From positions 1 through 51,872 of the forward strand of contig JAUCBJ010001343.1 in assembly GCA_032718475.1 (NCBI GenBank): a DNA stretch of 51,872 nt, written 5' to 3'. Numbering within the stretch: position 1 is the first letter of the stretch; every line of letters begins with the position of its first letter. The notes below the pieces were generated by a model. It was not told where the DNA came from and ran no database searches. It saw only the letters and a program-made list of their open reading frames with translations. Shown here piece by piece: positions 1-11,805 of the stretch. This DNA comes from Nemertoderma westbladi (taxonomy: Eukaryota > Animalia > Xenacoelomorpha). A program made the position numbers and the translations under genes.

Positions 1-1197
1 CGCCGCCTTTTGTTCCTCTATCCTTCTTTTCTTTATTTGTTCTTCTCGGACTCTAGTGAGGCGGAGTTTTTCATCACATTCAGCTTGGTTTGCAGCTAAC
101 ATTTCGGCATCGATTGAGTCTAACACAAGCTTGGTTCCTTCACTATTAGGGGAAAGTCCATGTAGCCGTCTCCTCAACTCTTCGTCTCCTAGGAATCGCT
201 GATAGTCGGACAAATAAATGTCGATAGCGTCTCTAGTTCGCGGTTTCTCGGCGGCCTCTTCGCTTTCCTCTTGAGCAAGGGTGACATCAGTTTGTTCGGA
301 GACATCAGTCGGTTCCTCATAGATTGATCTCTCAGCCAGCTGGGATTTCCACGGGGCTGTTTCCTGTACTTTGAGATCTACTCGATGTAGCCAAGTTTTG
401 ACAGCAACCTGCAGCGACGTGTCCTGTCTTCTTTTGGAAGTTTCCTCAAAGGCTGAGAGGATTAGTCGAATGCGTAGGGTTCTTTCGCGTATTTGATATA
501 GCAGTTCTTCCTGCTCTTGAGGTCCGTGAGGTTGTCGAAACAGTTGTTCCTCCAATCGCTCCAAGGATCCGAAGAATCCCTGCACATATCCTGCTGCCGA
601 CCTCTTCCAAACAGCTGGATCCATTGTATCTTTTGCCACTCCCATCCTGTGTATATCTTCCCAAGTAGCCTCGGACATATCAAACGGAAGTCCAAGTCCG
701 GGAAAGTTCCATTGTGATTCAACAATAGATCTCAATTCTTCCCTGGCGTATCCCGCGTAATTATCTTGGGTCGCTTGCTTATTCTTCGCCCAGTCGGTTT
801 GATGTTCTTCCACCGCAATGAGTATAGTAGTCAGCACTGCAGCAGGAAGAGTAAGAAGGGGGTCCGAGTAGACTGTATCAGCCATCTGCACTCCATGTTC
901 GGGAGTCAACTCTACAGTATCCGAACTGCTGGAGCTATCCGGTCTCTGGGAAGTAGGTTCTTGACCAAGATGTTGCTGCGATAGGACAGCTGCCTCTTGG
1001 TCCCGTTTTACCTGTGCCCGAGTGCCTATGATGGACCTATGGTGGACTAGCCTAGGGTCTGATACTACTGGAGGGATGACCTTTTTTACAGTAGGAGGTG
1101 AGCCGAACTTCTCTTTTATTCGCTCCACACTCCTATCTGAATCACAGATAGTGGTCTCGATCAGACTGTCCGACAGGTTTTGCTGAGTGTCAGACAT
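1..1197 (-). CDS. Unrecognised ORF of at least 399 aa, running off the window edge; probable first ORF (gag-like or accessory) of a large LTR-like element
   Basis: Manual translation from ATG at 1197 (MSDTQQNLSDSLIETTICDSDRSVERIKEKFGSPP...) is stop-free to base 1 (...KLRLTRVREEQIKKRRIEEQKAA). The region is GC-richer than its flank. It is absent from the ORF track because no stop lies inside the window. No motif recognised. Confidence 0.75.
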   Translation of the reverse strand, partial: MSDTQQNLSDSLIETTICDSDRSVERIKEKFGSPPTVKKVIPPVVSDPRLVHHRSIIGTRAQVKRDQEAAVLSQQHLGQEPTSQRPDSSSSSDTVELTPEHGVQMADTVYSDPLLTLPAAVLTTILIAVEEHQTDWAKNKQATQDNYAGYAREELRSIVESQWNFPGLGLPFDMSEATWEDIHRMGVAKDTMDPAVWKRSAAGYVQGFFGSLERLEEQLFRQPHGPQEQEELLYQIRERTLRIRLILSAFEETSKRRQDTSLQVAVKTWLHRVDLKVQETAPWKSQLAERSIYEEPTDVSEQTDVTLAQEESEEAAEKPRTRDAIDIYLSDYQRFLGDEELRRRLHGLSPNSEGTKLVLDSIDAEMLAANQAECDEKLRLTRVREEQIKKRRIEEQKAA

Positions 1198-1329
1198 GTT
1201 TAGTTATACAGTTGAATGTCTACTACTATAATTTCAGTTAAAGCAAATCTAGTAATTCAGTATGACCGCAAGCCTAGCGATTTATTACCGGTACCGTTAC
1301 TCAGTGGAACGTGATATATATACAATATA

Positions 1330-1560
1330 TTAGAATACCGGTATGCTTATAATATATAAGTATTATTACAGACTAGATTTGTCACAGAGTACCGGTATAT
1401 AATTTTAGCACAAATATATATATATATAGAGTAGGCCTATAATGAATACCGGTATACAGCTTACACTTATAGTATATAAGTATAATTCTGGACTAGAATT
1501 AATTACAGAGTACCGGTATGATTTCAGCTCAAATTTATAGAAATAAATATAATAAGCCTA
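1330..1560. repeat. Two diverged tandem copies of a ~110-115 bp unit
   Basis: AATACCGGTAT...TATATAAGTAT...GACTAGA...CAGAGTACCGGTAT occurs from ~1334 and again from ~1445. Confidence 0.7.
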
Positions 1561-2539
1561 TGGTAAGTACCGGTATGTCAATTAATTTTAGAATAATTGA
1601 ATTTCTGAATATTTTGGGGTTACTTCGTTACTTTAACTTACTTTATTACCGTTATTTAAGCAGTAGTCCAACTGACAGTGAGACCTAGTTGTTGTATGGC
1701 AGGCCTACTATTTATAAATCGTTTGAGTTGATTTATAATATTTATATACCCGTTTATAAAGGGGTTTTGACAATACTTGAAATAAATGTTATTATTTCTG
1801 GGGAAGTCACTACACAGAAGCTGAGCGCTCTCAGTGAAGTGTTATTTTATTTGACACTAAAACTGATAATTCTAATTTACCTAAGTTACTTAATACTACG
1901 AATTACTTACGATACGGGTGAGATTAATTCTCTAATTAAACACAACAAAATATGACGTACGAATTTTTAGGGTAATTTTACAGGAAGTCTACAAACCAGT
2001 CCAACAAAGGGTTAGATTTCTGGCTATTACAAAGGACAGGGTACTACGGTATTTAAATAATAAGTAGTAGTAAATATATTGTACTGTCTAGATAGGAAAA
2101 TACCACCGCCTGACGACCTATAACCGTATCGCTATAGGTACAACGTTATGTATCACGGATTGTTCCTACCCAGAAGTTAATAGAGCTAACGAATGTGCCT
2201 ATCAACCACTTTACAACACAAAAATACTGCCTACACTAATTACTTCGGAAGGCACTGTACTCTAAACCCTAAATTAGGTACAAGTACCGGTATAACAAAT
2301 AATCAGTAGTTAAATATACTTGAACAGTTAAAAGAACCACGGCATCTGCTGGAGTGACCGAAGCACAAAGTCGTCAGTCTTTACCTACGCCAAGCAGCCC
2401 TGATGTAGTACCGGGGTTAGTTTAACTATAACGGTATGTATAACAAGCACAATTACTGTAGGAATAAACTTGGGGACATGAATGTTGCGAATAATCGCAT
2501 AAACTCTGAATAATAAATATTACGCTACCCGTACAGAAT

Positions 2540-3080
2540 ACTCAAACAAATACAAACCAAACGCTGGCAGACTACTATCAAGCCTAAACAAACTACTGTA
2601 TGTGCAGATTCTGAAACTGTTAGTTAGTATGCGTGCTAACACGGTAGTACGACTTACTCTTTAAGAGGGGATTGACCTTACAGTTATGACTGCCCCAACT
2701 TACTAACGGCACTTGATCAGACCAACTCTACACACGTAGCAATCCTTTCAGACCCAAAAAATAGCTAGACAACAATCCAGCCTACAAATATTTGAGTAAT
2801 AACTATTACGGTACCTGAACAGACCACACAAACAAACACAGGCTAAAACACTGGCAGACTACGATCAAGCCTAGATAAACTACAGTATATGCAGACTCTG
2901 AAACTGTTAGTTAGTATGCGTGCTAACACGGTAGTACGACTTACTCTTTAAGAGGGGATTGACCTTACAGTTATGACTGCCCCAACTTACTAACGGCACT
3001 TTATCAGACAAACTCTACACACGCCGTAATCTCTCCAAACCCAACCACAGTCAGACAGCAGCTCAGCCTACAATTATCTG
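2540..3080. repeat. Tandem duplication, period about 287 bp
   Basis: CTGGCAGACTA...TCTGAAACTGTTAGTTAGTATGCGTGCTAACACGG...ACTAACGGCACTT at 2564 and 2851, with a nearly identical core. Confidence 0.9.
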
Positions 3081-3333
3081 AACAATCTGAGCAGACTTAC
3101 ATGCCTTCTGCTCAATATTAGCCTACTAGGAAATAAAACCGACAGAAATAGGTAAAATCTCAATAAAAATTCAGGGCTGCAGTCCCTGATTAAGTACTAA
3201 GACCTACCAGTATACAATAATCAAAATCGAATAATACTAAAAGTACTTGTACAGCAGTACCGGTACCGGTGATGACAGTTAGGCCTACTGACCTACAAAG
3301 TACCGGTTCAGTTTTACCGGTCACTACGGTATT

Positions 3334-3530
3334 TTGCAACCTTATTGCCTACTGCAATAAGATTATAAACTGTTACTGTTCGACAGAACAGTATTAAGCT
3401 GTATTTAATGCCTACACTTGCAACCTTATTGCCTACTGCAATAAGATTATAAACTGTTACTGTTCGACAGAACAGTATTAAACTGTATTTAATTCTTACA
3501 CTGCAATACAAGTAAACTGTTACTGTTCGC
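3334..3530. repeat. 84-bp tandem repeat, about 2.3 copies
   Basis: TTGCAACCTTATTGCCTACTGCAATAAGATTATAAACTGTTACTGTTCG at 3334 and 3418, with a partial third copy. Confidence 0.9.
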
Positions 3531-5337
3531 GCTTTTGAAGACCTTTAGCAGTTTAACCTGCCAAAATTTATATGTCTTTTCGTTAATTAAAACCACTTTA
3601 GCATACGACAATAATTTATGCTAATACGCAAAACATTAGCCGAAGTCAGCCCATGCGCGATCATTCACCCGATGGATCTACACCCGGGAGACTGAATTCG
3701 GATGCTTGAATTGTATTATTATACAGTGTAAGGTTGCAGTGTATACCTAATGTATTATTCGATAGATCGTTAATAATTAATCTCTGACAGATATTATTGG
3801 CTTTCGGGAAATATTAACAGTTCCTTTAGGACGTGGCGCTTTATCTATTTAAACAGAACTAAGACTTATACTAAACGCAACGATACTGCTTATGATTAAA
3901 GTATAAAACGTATTCTTTAGGAAATACTTTGTTACCAATCACAATCATACACACTATTCTGCCGACAGTCAGTACATTTGATCACACATAAAGAGAGCAG
4001 TAATTGACTCACGTAGGGTCTGCTAAATAACATTGGATTCAATACACACCACATTAATATAAATCGCAATTGTTATGTATAGCCGGTCTCTCTAACCTGT
4101 AGTGTTATCAAGAAAATTGGGAATTGGGTGATTTATCCGTATTATCCAAATAGCAATATTTCCATCAACAAATATTTACAATTAATAACTGACGGTAAAA
4201 TAACAGTACAAACAATATGATTAATGCAATTAAATCAAGTGAGTATGTTAATTAAGATTGATCAATTAGGTAACAGTTTATACTTTCGATAATTCAAGCA
4301 GTTTACGGTACAGCAGTATCTATCCAAAATGCCGGTGTTTCTGGCTTAGACAGCAATAACAACAAAGTATCAAGAAAAAACAGTAAGACTGAACACTCTC
4401 CTTATGATCGACTAAAAGCTACACGTCGACAGGAAAAATCGCTCTGATTGGCTCAAGCCAAACAAAGAACCGTGCGTCCAATGGCTGTTTCCATGTCAGC
4501 AACCAGCTGTTAGATGTCGTAATATGAATTATCACGGCTAAACTGTGAAAGGTAGTTGGTGCATGGCAGGTTTTTTGCCTTACCATGTCCACTAAAACAC
4601 GTATATAGCAGAATTACTCTTATGTCCGTTAAAACACCTGTAAAGGTACCTTGCGGGCGAGGGGAATATATCTACAGTTAGAAAACCTTTTAGAGTATTC
4701 CAGCGCCTGTGGGGAAACTGGATTGCGAAGCAAAAGGGGCCAGTTATATCCCACAGAAGCTTTTACACTCATATTCAGTAATACTGAGTTACCGCTACGT
4801 TTAATTATCCTTTTCGATTGAATTTTAATTACTTTATGTTTACTGTGAGATAGGTCTATGCCGTGCCGTATTGAGATAGGGGTGCTTTCAATCAAAGTCA
4901 TCCCTCTCCTGTGGAAAATCGACGCAAATAGCGGCTGATTAATTTCTCAAAAATTTAACTGTACCATGTTCTATTGACTTTTGTTTATTGTTTTGGTTTT
5001 GAGAATAATAATATGTCACTGTAACCTGCTCCTTTTCCTTAATTGATAATTTAACATGAGGCGGGATATGAATTCGATGAGAGGTTTTTTTATATTATAA
5101 CCTGAAATAGCCCGGAAGGGCGATAACGTTTGTTTAATTCATATATTTAATTTTGCCAGAGTGAGATTCTTATGTATTTATAAGAAGTCATGATATATGT
5201 TTAAACAAGTTTCTTTTAATAATTGGAATTTTTGGGGACGGCAAGAAGTTCAACGTTATTTAGGGGGGAGGTTATTCCGCTGCCGGTAATAAAAAGGCTT
5301 GAATTATGAATGTCGGATAAACATTAGATGTAAATAA

Positions 5338-6647
5338 TTAAATCGCATCAGGGATCCCATTGAGAGACTGCTACGTGGAAATCAGAATGGGTTCCGTAAA
5401 GGTCGTGGGACCATGGAGCCCATTTTGGCACTTAGAAGGATAATTGAAGAGTTATCAAAAAAGAAAGACAGGCATCTGGCTGTTATCTTTGTTGACTTCT
5501 TCAAGGCCTTTGATTCAGTCTCTCGCTCACGTATGTTCAGCATACTTTCATTATATGCGATTCCTGATGAAATTATTGCAGCAATCAGATCAGTATACGA
5601 TGGTTCGACAACATTTGTGTCTACTGTTGACGGTGACACAGAACCATTTGAAGTGTTATGGGGCGTCCTCCAAGGAGACACACTTGCACCATTCTTGTTC
5701 ATTATTGTGGTTGACTATGTTCTACGCATGTCCTTAGATCATCATAATGATGATGGGGTGATGATAACTCCACCTACTGGCTCCAGAAGTCGAGGAAATC
5801 CTGCCAAGTACCTAACTGATCTAGACTTTGCTGATGACTTAGGAGTACTCTCAGAATCACTAGAGGGAGCCCAACGGCTCCTCAGCTCATTAGAACATGC
5901 TGCTTCTAGTGTTGGTCTTTTTATTAACTCCAGAAAGACCAAAATTTTGACAGTTAACTTTGAAAGTTCTCAGCAAGTCTCTGATCGGATGAGCATAAGC
6001 TCAAAGGATGGTATGCTTGAGCATGTGGACGACTTCTGTTACCTGGGATCATGGATCCGGAAGTCAGGTGAGGACCTTCGAATACGTAAGGGAAAGGCAT
6101 GGGCAGCCTTGAATAGGCTTTCCAGGATTTGGAAGTCACCTAGAATTAATCGGAAACTTAAGGTCCGATTATTTAGAGCAGCAGTAGTTCCAGTACTCCT
6201 CTACGGGAGTCCATGCTGGGCTCTAACTGCTGAGGACACCAAATCTCTGGATGGCACATTCACAAGAATGCTACGCCGGGTTCATTGTGTCAAGTACAAT
6301 GCACACATCTCCAACCAGACACTATATAACATTGGAGGTGTCTCATTGGTTCCCCCAAGCTTGACACTAGAACAAAATCGCCTCCGCTTTGCAGGACATT
6401 GCTTTCGCCGTGAGGACCAGCCAGTGCATAATCTTGTACTTTGGCAGCCTCATGGAGTGAATAAGCATGGTGGACAGCCCATGACTTTCTTGAGACGCAT
6501 CTTAAAGGACACTGGCCTTAAAGATGCGGATGATCTAGCAAATGTCATGGGTGATAGGGAGTTGTGGCGGTGCAATTTTGTTGACAAGCCGGCACAGCAT
6601 TCTTAAAAATGCAGCTGCAATGCAGCATGCCGATCCTAGTAGTAGTT
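5338..6647 (+). mobile_element. 5'-truncated RTE-clade LINE with an uninterrupted reverse transcriptase ORF (5413-6606)
   Basis: RT motifs QNGFRKGR, FVDFFKAFDSV, GVLQGDTLAPFLF, DLDFADD, FCYLGS, LLYG. Short 3' UTR ending in (TAG)n as in RTE elements. No endonuclease present. Confidence 0.93.
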
Positions 6648-6699
6648 CAATAATACAGTTGCAAGTAAATATAGGAACTACTATATAGTAAGACCACAA

Positions 6700-6830
6700 G
6701 ACCAGCTGCTAGTAGATGTGACATTCCTTGGCTTACAATCAGGAGGGGGAGGCCCTGGTTCGATCCCTAGATGGGGAAGCACTGCTTGGGCACAGGCTTT
6801 AAATGATGCAGCCTAGTCCAACCCAGCTTT
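6700..6830 (+). mobile_element. Degenerate tRNA-derived SINE fragment
   Basis: B-box GGTTCGATCCC near 6757, followed by CTTGGGCACAGGC...CAACCCAGC resembling the body of the SINE at 18001. Confidence 0.45.
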
Positions 6831-7269
6831 CATCATTGATGACTAATATAAAAGAGCACCGGTCAAGCCGTAGGCTGGTAGTCCTAATATTATAATGAAT
6901 GGGTTTGGGGCGATCCATTGAGGCGAGTTTATTACACAACACACTGGAGTGATTGATAACAGAGTTCACCAATTGTGGTGAACAGGCATTCCTTTGGGAG
7001 AAAGAGCGAAATATTTTTCGGTCTAAGATCACCATTGGTGGTGAACAAGTATTCATTTGAGAAACAGATTTGAATTGTTTACTGTGGAAGATCACCCGTG
7101 ACAGTGAAAAGGCATTCCTTTAGGAAACAGAGACTGTGGAAGATAATTTTCTCATTCTTTATAGCAGATTTGTGTTTTTTTAGAGTTATGGTGCTGTCTT
7201 CTACATGGATATGTAGAAGTTATTGGATACACAGAAATCTAGTCATCAACTTTTCAGATTTCATCAAGG

Positions 7270-7590
7270 TCTCTAACTCTCTCCGCCGCGTTTTAAGGCC
7301 TTAGATGGCTTTGGGATCCCCGATGAAATAATTGATGCAATCAAACATGATGAATATAATGGATCCACAACGTTCGTCTCTAAAGCAGGTGGAAGATACA
7401 TCCCCATTTTGTTGAAGTGTCATGGGGGTGCGTACTTACTCCTTCCCTCTTCATTATTTTGGAGGTCTAAGGGATGCTAATTTCTCTTGACTGAACGTGG
7501 GGATGAGTTAGTGATGAGTTAGGGATGAGTTAGTAGAAATAAAACAAAACCACCGTCACCAATATTCTAGACGGACCTCGGATTTGCTGC
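7270..7590 (+). pseudogene. Highly decayed RTE RT fragment
   Basis: Fragments read FGIPDEIIDAIK, YNGSTTFVS, PSLFII and DLGFA, collinear with the RT at 5413-6606, with frameshifts. Confidence 0.65.
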
Positions 7591-8442
7591 TGTTTGTTAC
7601 AAACACCAGGATACAGGCACCATGGCATGCTATACTCATTTATCATACGAGGATATTTATTTCGATAGTTTATTTCGATTTATTTCGATAGGTGCGGAGT
7701 TAGCAAGTACGCTTCATCGACAGCAATACTTAATGCCGTAGATAATCCACTAGAGGGAGATATAAATATATCCAGCCTTACTGGCACCCGCAGACGCGTA
7801 GCGGCCCAAATAATATGTAACGGCTATCATCATTATCTGTGTGATCGGCAGAAATGCTGGAGGCCCACGGAATCATGTGTCTGTTGGGTATGTGACCGCC
7901 CGGCAACAACCAAGGAACACTATAAATCCTGCACCAAAATCACACAATGCAACTCGGTCCTCCACTATGCCCTATTTTTAAATAGTTTTTATCGTGATAC
8001 TCATAATTAGTTATTATAATAATTCATTTATTTTATTTATAGACCGCTTCAATTATTCCATATCTATGGATATGAAATTAAAATTATTAATTTATTTCGA
8101 TTTATTTAATTTATGGTGCATTCTTGAAACATCATCTAATAGACACTGGTCTTTTTATGCATATGATTTGGGAGTTTACTAGGCAGTTCGCAAACTTGAA
8201 CACATCGAGGTGTTGCTGAGGCGGCTGGCTATTCCTCCTTGTCGTGTTGCTGATTTATTCTTTAATTCATGTGTGCAAGTAGAAAGATGGTGTGACACTT
8301 CCATCTTTTAACTGCGGTAGGGCGTCCTAAAAATAATTGGGCCTTTAATAATGAGATGTTATGTTAAGATAATTTTATTTAAAAAAATATGTGCTTGCAA
8401 ACTATATATAATCGTAGGTTTCATAGCTTTATTATCCCTGAG

Positions 8443-9195
8443 ACTACTACTTACTAGGTCGAGCGAACTTTGAGAGTGGAAATAAGATCCTTCCAGGCTT
8501 CCCGAGATTCTCCACAGTTGTCGCAATTTCGTTTCTTTCAAGTACAGTATCAGTCTAAATATGTTATAGCCGGTCGTCCACGCTTTCCATGAGTTGGTTG
8601 CCAGAAAAGTAGATCAGGTATGACCTCGTACTGAATCTTAATCTGCGTTCACGGAGGGTGGTTGATACAGGTGGTATTGTACCATATAGCTCAGCGTATG
8701 TCATGTGTTATCTCCAGCTGACGTTTATGGCTGCCCTTAGTAGTCTTGTGTAGCAACCATCAATTCGGCGTTCAAGTGATTTTGTCAGTGTCTAGGTTTT
8801 GATACAGCTACCCATGCCTTTGCTTTCTTAACTACTATGTCTTTTTTGCTACTCTCAATCTGCCATGTTCCAATGTACTGGAAGTCGTCAACTTAGTTGA
8901 TTATTATCAATTGTCATTAAAAACAATAAAAGTCATGAATTCGGTCTTGATGGCATTTTTAAAAAATATTCAATCCAACCTCCTTAGCAGCCCTCTCCAC
9001 TTTATTCCGTAGAAGCTGTGCATCTACTAGCGCATTAGAGAGCAGGGCGATATCATACGCAAAGTCGGTGTCTGTGACTGTAGTTGCCGGATATCTACTA
9101 CTTCTGCTTTCTTGTAGTGTGAATCCAAGATCTTCACCATTTGTGGCCATCCTCATTGCGTAATCCAGCACAATTACAAATAGTAATGGCGCCCT
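8443..9195 (-). mobile_element. Decayed 5'-truncated RTE LINE of a different subfamily
   Basis: ORF 8959-9210 reads APLLFVIVLDYAMR...TDTDFAYDIALLS...AAKEVGLNI. Downstream RTE C-terminal remnants and a TAG-repeat tail near 8444-8457. Confidence 0.8.
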
Positions 9196-9604
9196 GAGAA
9201 TAAGATACATAATATTTTAAAATTTTTAGGTTTAATTAAAAATTTAATAGTAGGTAATTTGTATGGCGTAAAAACTAAATCGTAGAATAATTTGATCAAG
9301 TGTCTTACATGAATTATTTAAAAATATGCTTTATTCAATATTTCTCTGTTATGAATAGTAGTGTATAATTTTTGATTAGCATATTTGTTTTGCAATAAGC
9401 AGATCCATCTGTTTCGAACTCAATCTTTCTGTTGACGAGATAATTAAATTCATTGAATTTGGTTTTTTCAACTCAATTCGATTCAGTTTTCTTAGAAAGA
9501 CCGAGAGATAGTTTAAATGCGAAGATGTTATGTTTTCTATTTTGACGCTTAAAACTGTGCCAAACTTATTTGTCAACAATTAGTATTTATGCACTGCACC
9601 TGCT

Positions 9605-10027
9605 ATGGATGAAACAACTGATTATTATTATTCAGAGTCTGACTATGATTATTACTATGACGACTACCTACTGTCACAGCTTGAGTTCGATGTTTACCTC
9701 AAGAATTCGGATTCAACCAACCATTTCCCGGTGTTCCACCCACGGCACAACACCACTTACCCGAACTGCTTCACCAAACACTACCCGATTCCTAATCCAT
9801 CGAGCGTTGAGGTTGTCTCCTACTTTGTCTGCATGATTCTTGCTGTTGTTGGTAACGTTCTAGTTATTGTTGCTGTGACAACCAATAAAAGAATGCGAAC
9901 TACAACCAATGGTATGATTGCATCATTGGCTACCTGTGATCTAATTTCAGGTTCAATCGCAATGCCACTGTTAATCAAAAGCTTTTGGCTGGACGCCGGA
10001 TATAATCAAAACGTCCTTACTTGTCAG
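9605..10027 (+). CDS. Class A (rhodopsin-like) peptide-receptor-type GPCR, exon 1 (N-terminus, TM1, TM2, ECL1)
   Basis: TM1 AVVGNVLV, ICL1 NKRMRTTTN, TM2 SLATCDL, ending at the Cys at the top of TM3. Donor CAG|GTACGT at 10027/10028, phase 0. Confidence 0.9.
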
Positions 10028-10684
10028 GTACGTTTAGACCGAATGTATGATGATATATACAGTAGGCTCTAATTAAATATAATTAATTTTGTTAGCATTT
10101 GTATTTAGCGGGAATTTTGCTTTTCTTCTTCCAGAAATGGAAAGTCAATGACTGGCCTCTTTTCTGTTGGAGATAAGAGGTCGTTATAGTGAACAAGCTG
10201 ATCCACATGCCAGTAGCGATGACCAACACCAAATATTATAGAGCGCATCATTCCTTAAATGAATTAAGTGATGAGTAATTAAGTGATTAAGTAATGAGTT
10301 AAGTGTTATAACAGTATTCTGAATTAAGTGCCAACCGCGGTTCAGGTGTGAAGCTCAGTGGAAAGGAAGTAAGGAAGACCAGCAGAGGCTCTACATCTGC
10401 CAAAAAACTTGCGACATTGCGGCATTGAGGGTCTGATTTACTGATTCCAGTCAGCTGGTTGCAGTCCAGTTTTCCCTTTGCGGATTATCCATGATTCTAG
10501 ACGAAGTATCCAGAATTCAGTAATTATCCTGAGAAGTACAGTAGTTTCAGCACATTCTGTAACTGCGTTTGTATAACTTCCGATTTCCGCAATTATTTTT
10601 TAAATTGATTTACTATGTTTATTATTTAAACTTCTTACTACTTTGTATGATAAATCTAGATGATGGTTATCTTTCGAATTTTAG

Positions 10685-10995
10685 ATCCGAACATTTTTGG
10701 ACTTTTACGCGATTACAGCGAGTATATTTCATTTGGTTCTCATTGGTTTCGACCGTTTCCGAGCTGTTGTAATTCCGACAGTTGCACGTCCCGGTGCCAT
10801 GGCAACAATGATTTCATTGGTTGTTGTGTGGGTACTGGCAGTTGGAGCGGCACTTCCGGAAGCCCTAATGTACGCACCAAAGGCGCTGAATAAGTTGGTT
10901 GTTTGTCATTTAAAAGATTCAGACAACAGTGATGACTTCACAGTTGTCTCGTGGTCTGAAACAGAGAAGGATTACTTCTGCACTACAACCGATAA
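10685..10995 (+). CDS. GPCR exon 2 (TM3, TM4, ECL2)
   Basis: Acceptor TTTTAG|ATC at 10684. Reads IRTFLDFYAITASIFHLVLIGFDRFRAVV (DRY variant DRF), TM4 VVWVLAVGAALP and ECL2 Cys. Donor AA|GTTAGT, phase 2. Confidence 0.88.
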
Positions 10996-11805
10996 GTTAG
11001 TATCTTTACTATAAATCATGTTCTTAAGCATATGGGGGGGGGGGGGGGGGGGTGGGGGTGGTATCTAATTAAAAGTTTATAAATATGGGTTATGATGAAA
11101 CTATCAAAGAATATCTCAAATCACGAAATAGAGAAATTCCACAAAACATTCATACAAAAAATTTTCAAGAAAAATTGCAACATAATAATTTTCCCAAAAC
11201 TCAACATGAGGTAGTTAGTCTCTGGTTTCAGGGACGCTTAATCGAAGGGGGGGTGGGGGGGGGGGGGGATTTCAAAAAGTTATAAAACATACTTGGAGAT
11301 CCAGTTTTTGGCATTAAAAATTAGGCATTATTAGCTCATACAGTAATTATTATAACCTTGAGCATTTCTATATTTTTTGGAGGAGAACTCCAGCTGCATC
11401 TGGGGTAGAGCACCGCAATTCGCAAAGTCAGTGGTGCTCATTGCTCACCCACGCAACTGTTGGCGTTATCGAAGTGGGCATTAATTCCTAAGAGATGAAT
11501 CCCTAGACAGCATTGCAGATACGTATACAATTCCGTGATGCTGATCATGGTTCATGGTTCATCATCATCGGTAACATCTTGTTACCAAAACCCAGTACCA
11601 CATTGTAAGCATAACATCAAGTCTATCGTAGAACAGAGCAGATCAACATGTAAGAATTTTTTAGCACGAGGCTAGAGAATGGAAATATGGATGATGTCAG
11701 TAATAATACCTATTTTAATCTCAGTTAATCGATAAGAAAAATCGTATTTTTGTTGAAAAGGAACCAATGGGCCGTGGGAATTTGAGCACAATTGGTAATA
11801 ATTAC

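Larger units (their letters stand above)
1..4767 (-). mobile_element. 5' part of a large LTR-like element (TG start, long leader with tandem repeats, then ORF)
   Basis: Minus strand begins TGTAAAAGCTTCTG at 4767. Region 3549-4767 is homologous in inverted orientation to 50713-51872, which begins TGTAAAAGCTTTTG. CCAAT box near 4447-4451 (-). LTR 3' end and PBS not located. Confidence 0.55.

Noticed and set aside
446-984. Short ORFs listed in the track at the window start
   Set aside because: Alternate-frame shadows of the long minus-strand ORF 1197 to <1.
7770-7960. Cys/His-rich stretch resembling a transposase C-terminal zinc finger
   Set aside because: No continuous ORF and no adjoining transposase sequence; too weak to call.
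11033-11270. Poly-G tracts (also C/G runs at ~19496 and ~31366) as G-quadruplex elements
   Set aside because: Simple homopolymers of uncertain assembled length, with no supporting context.
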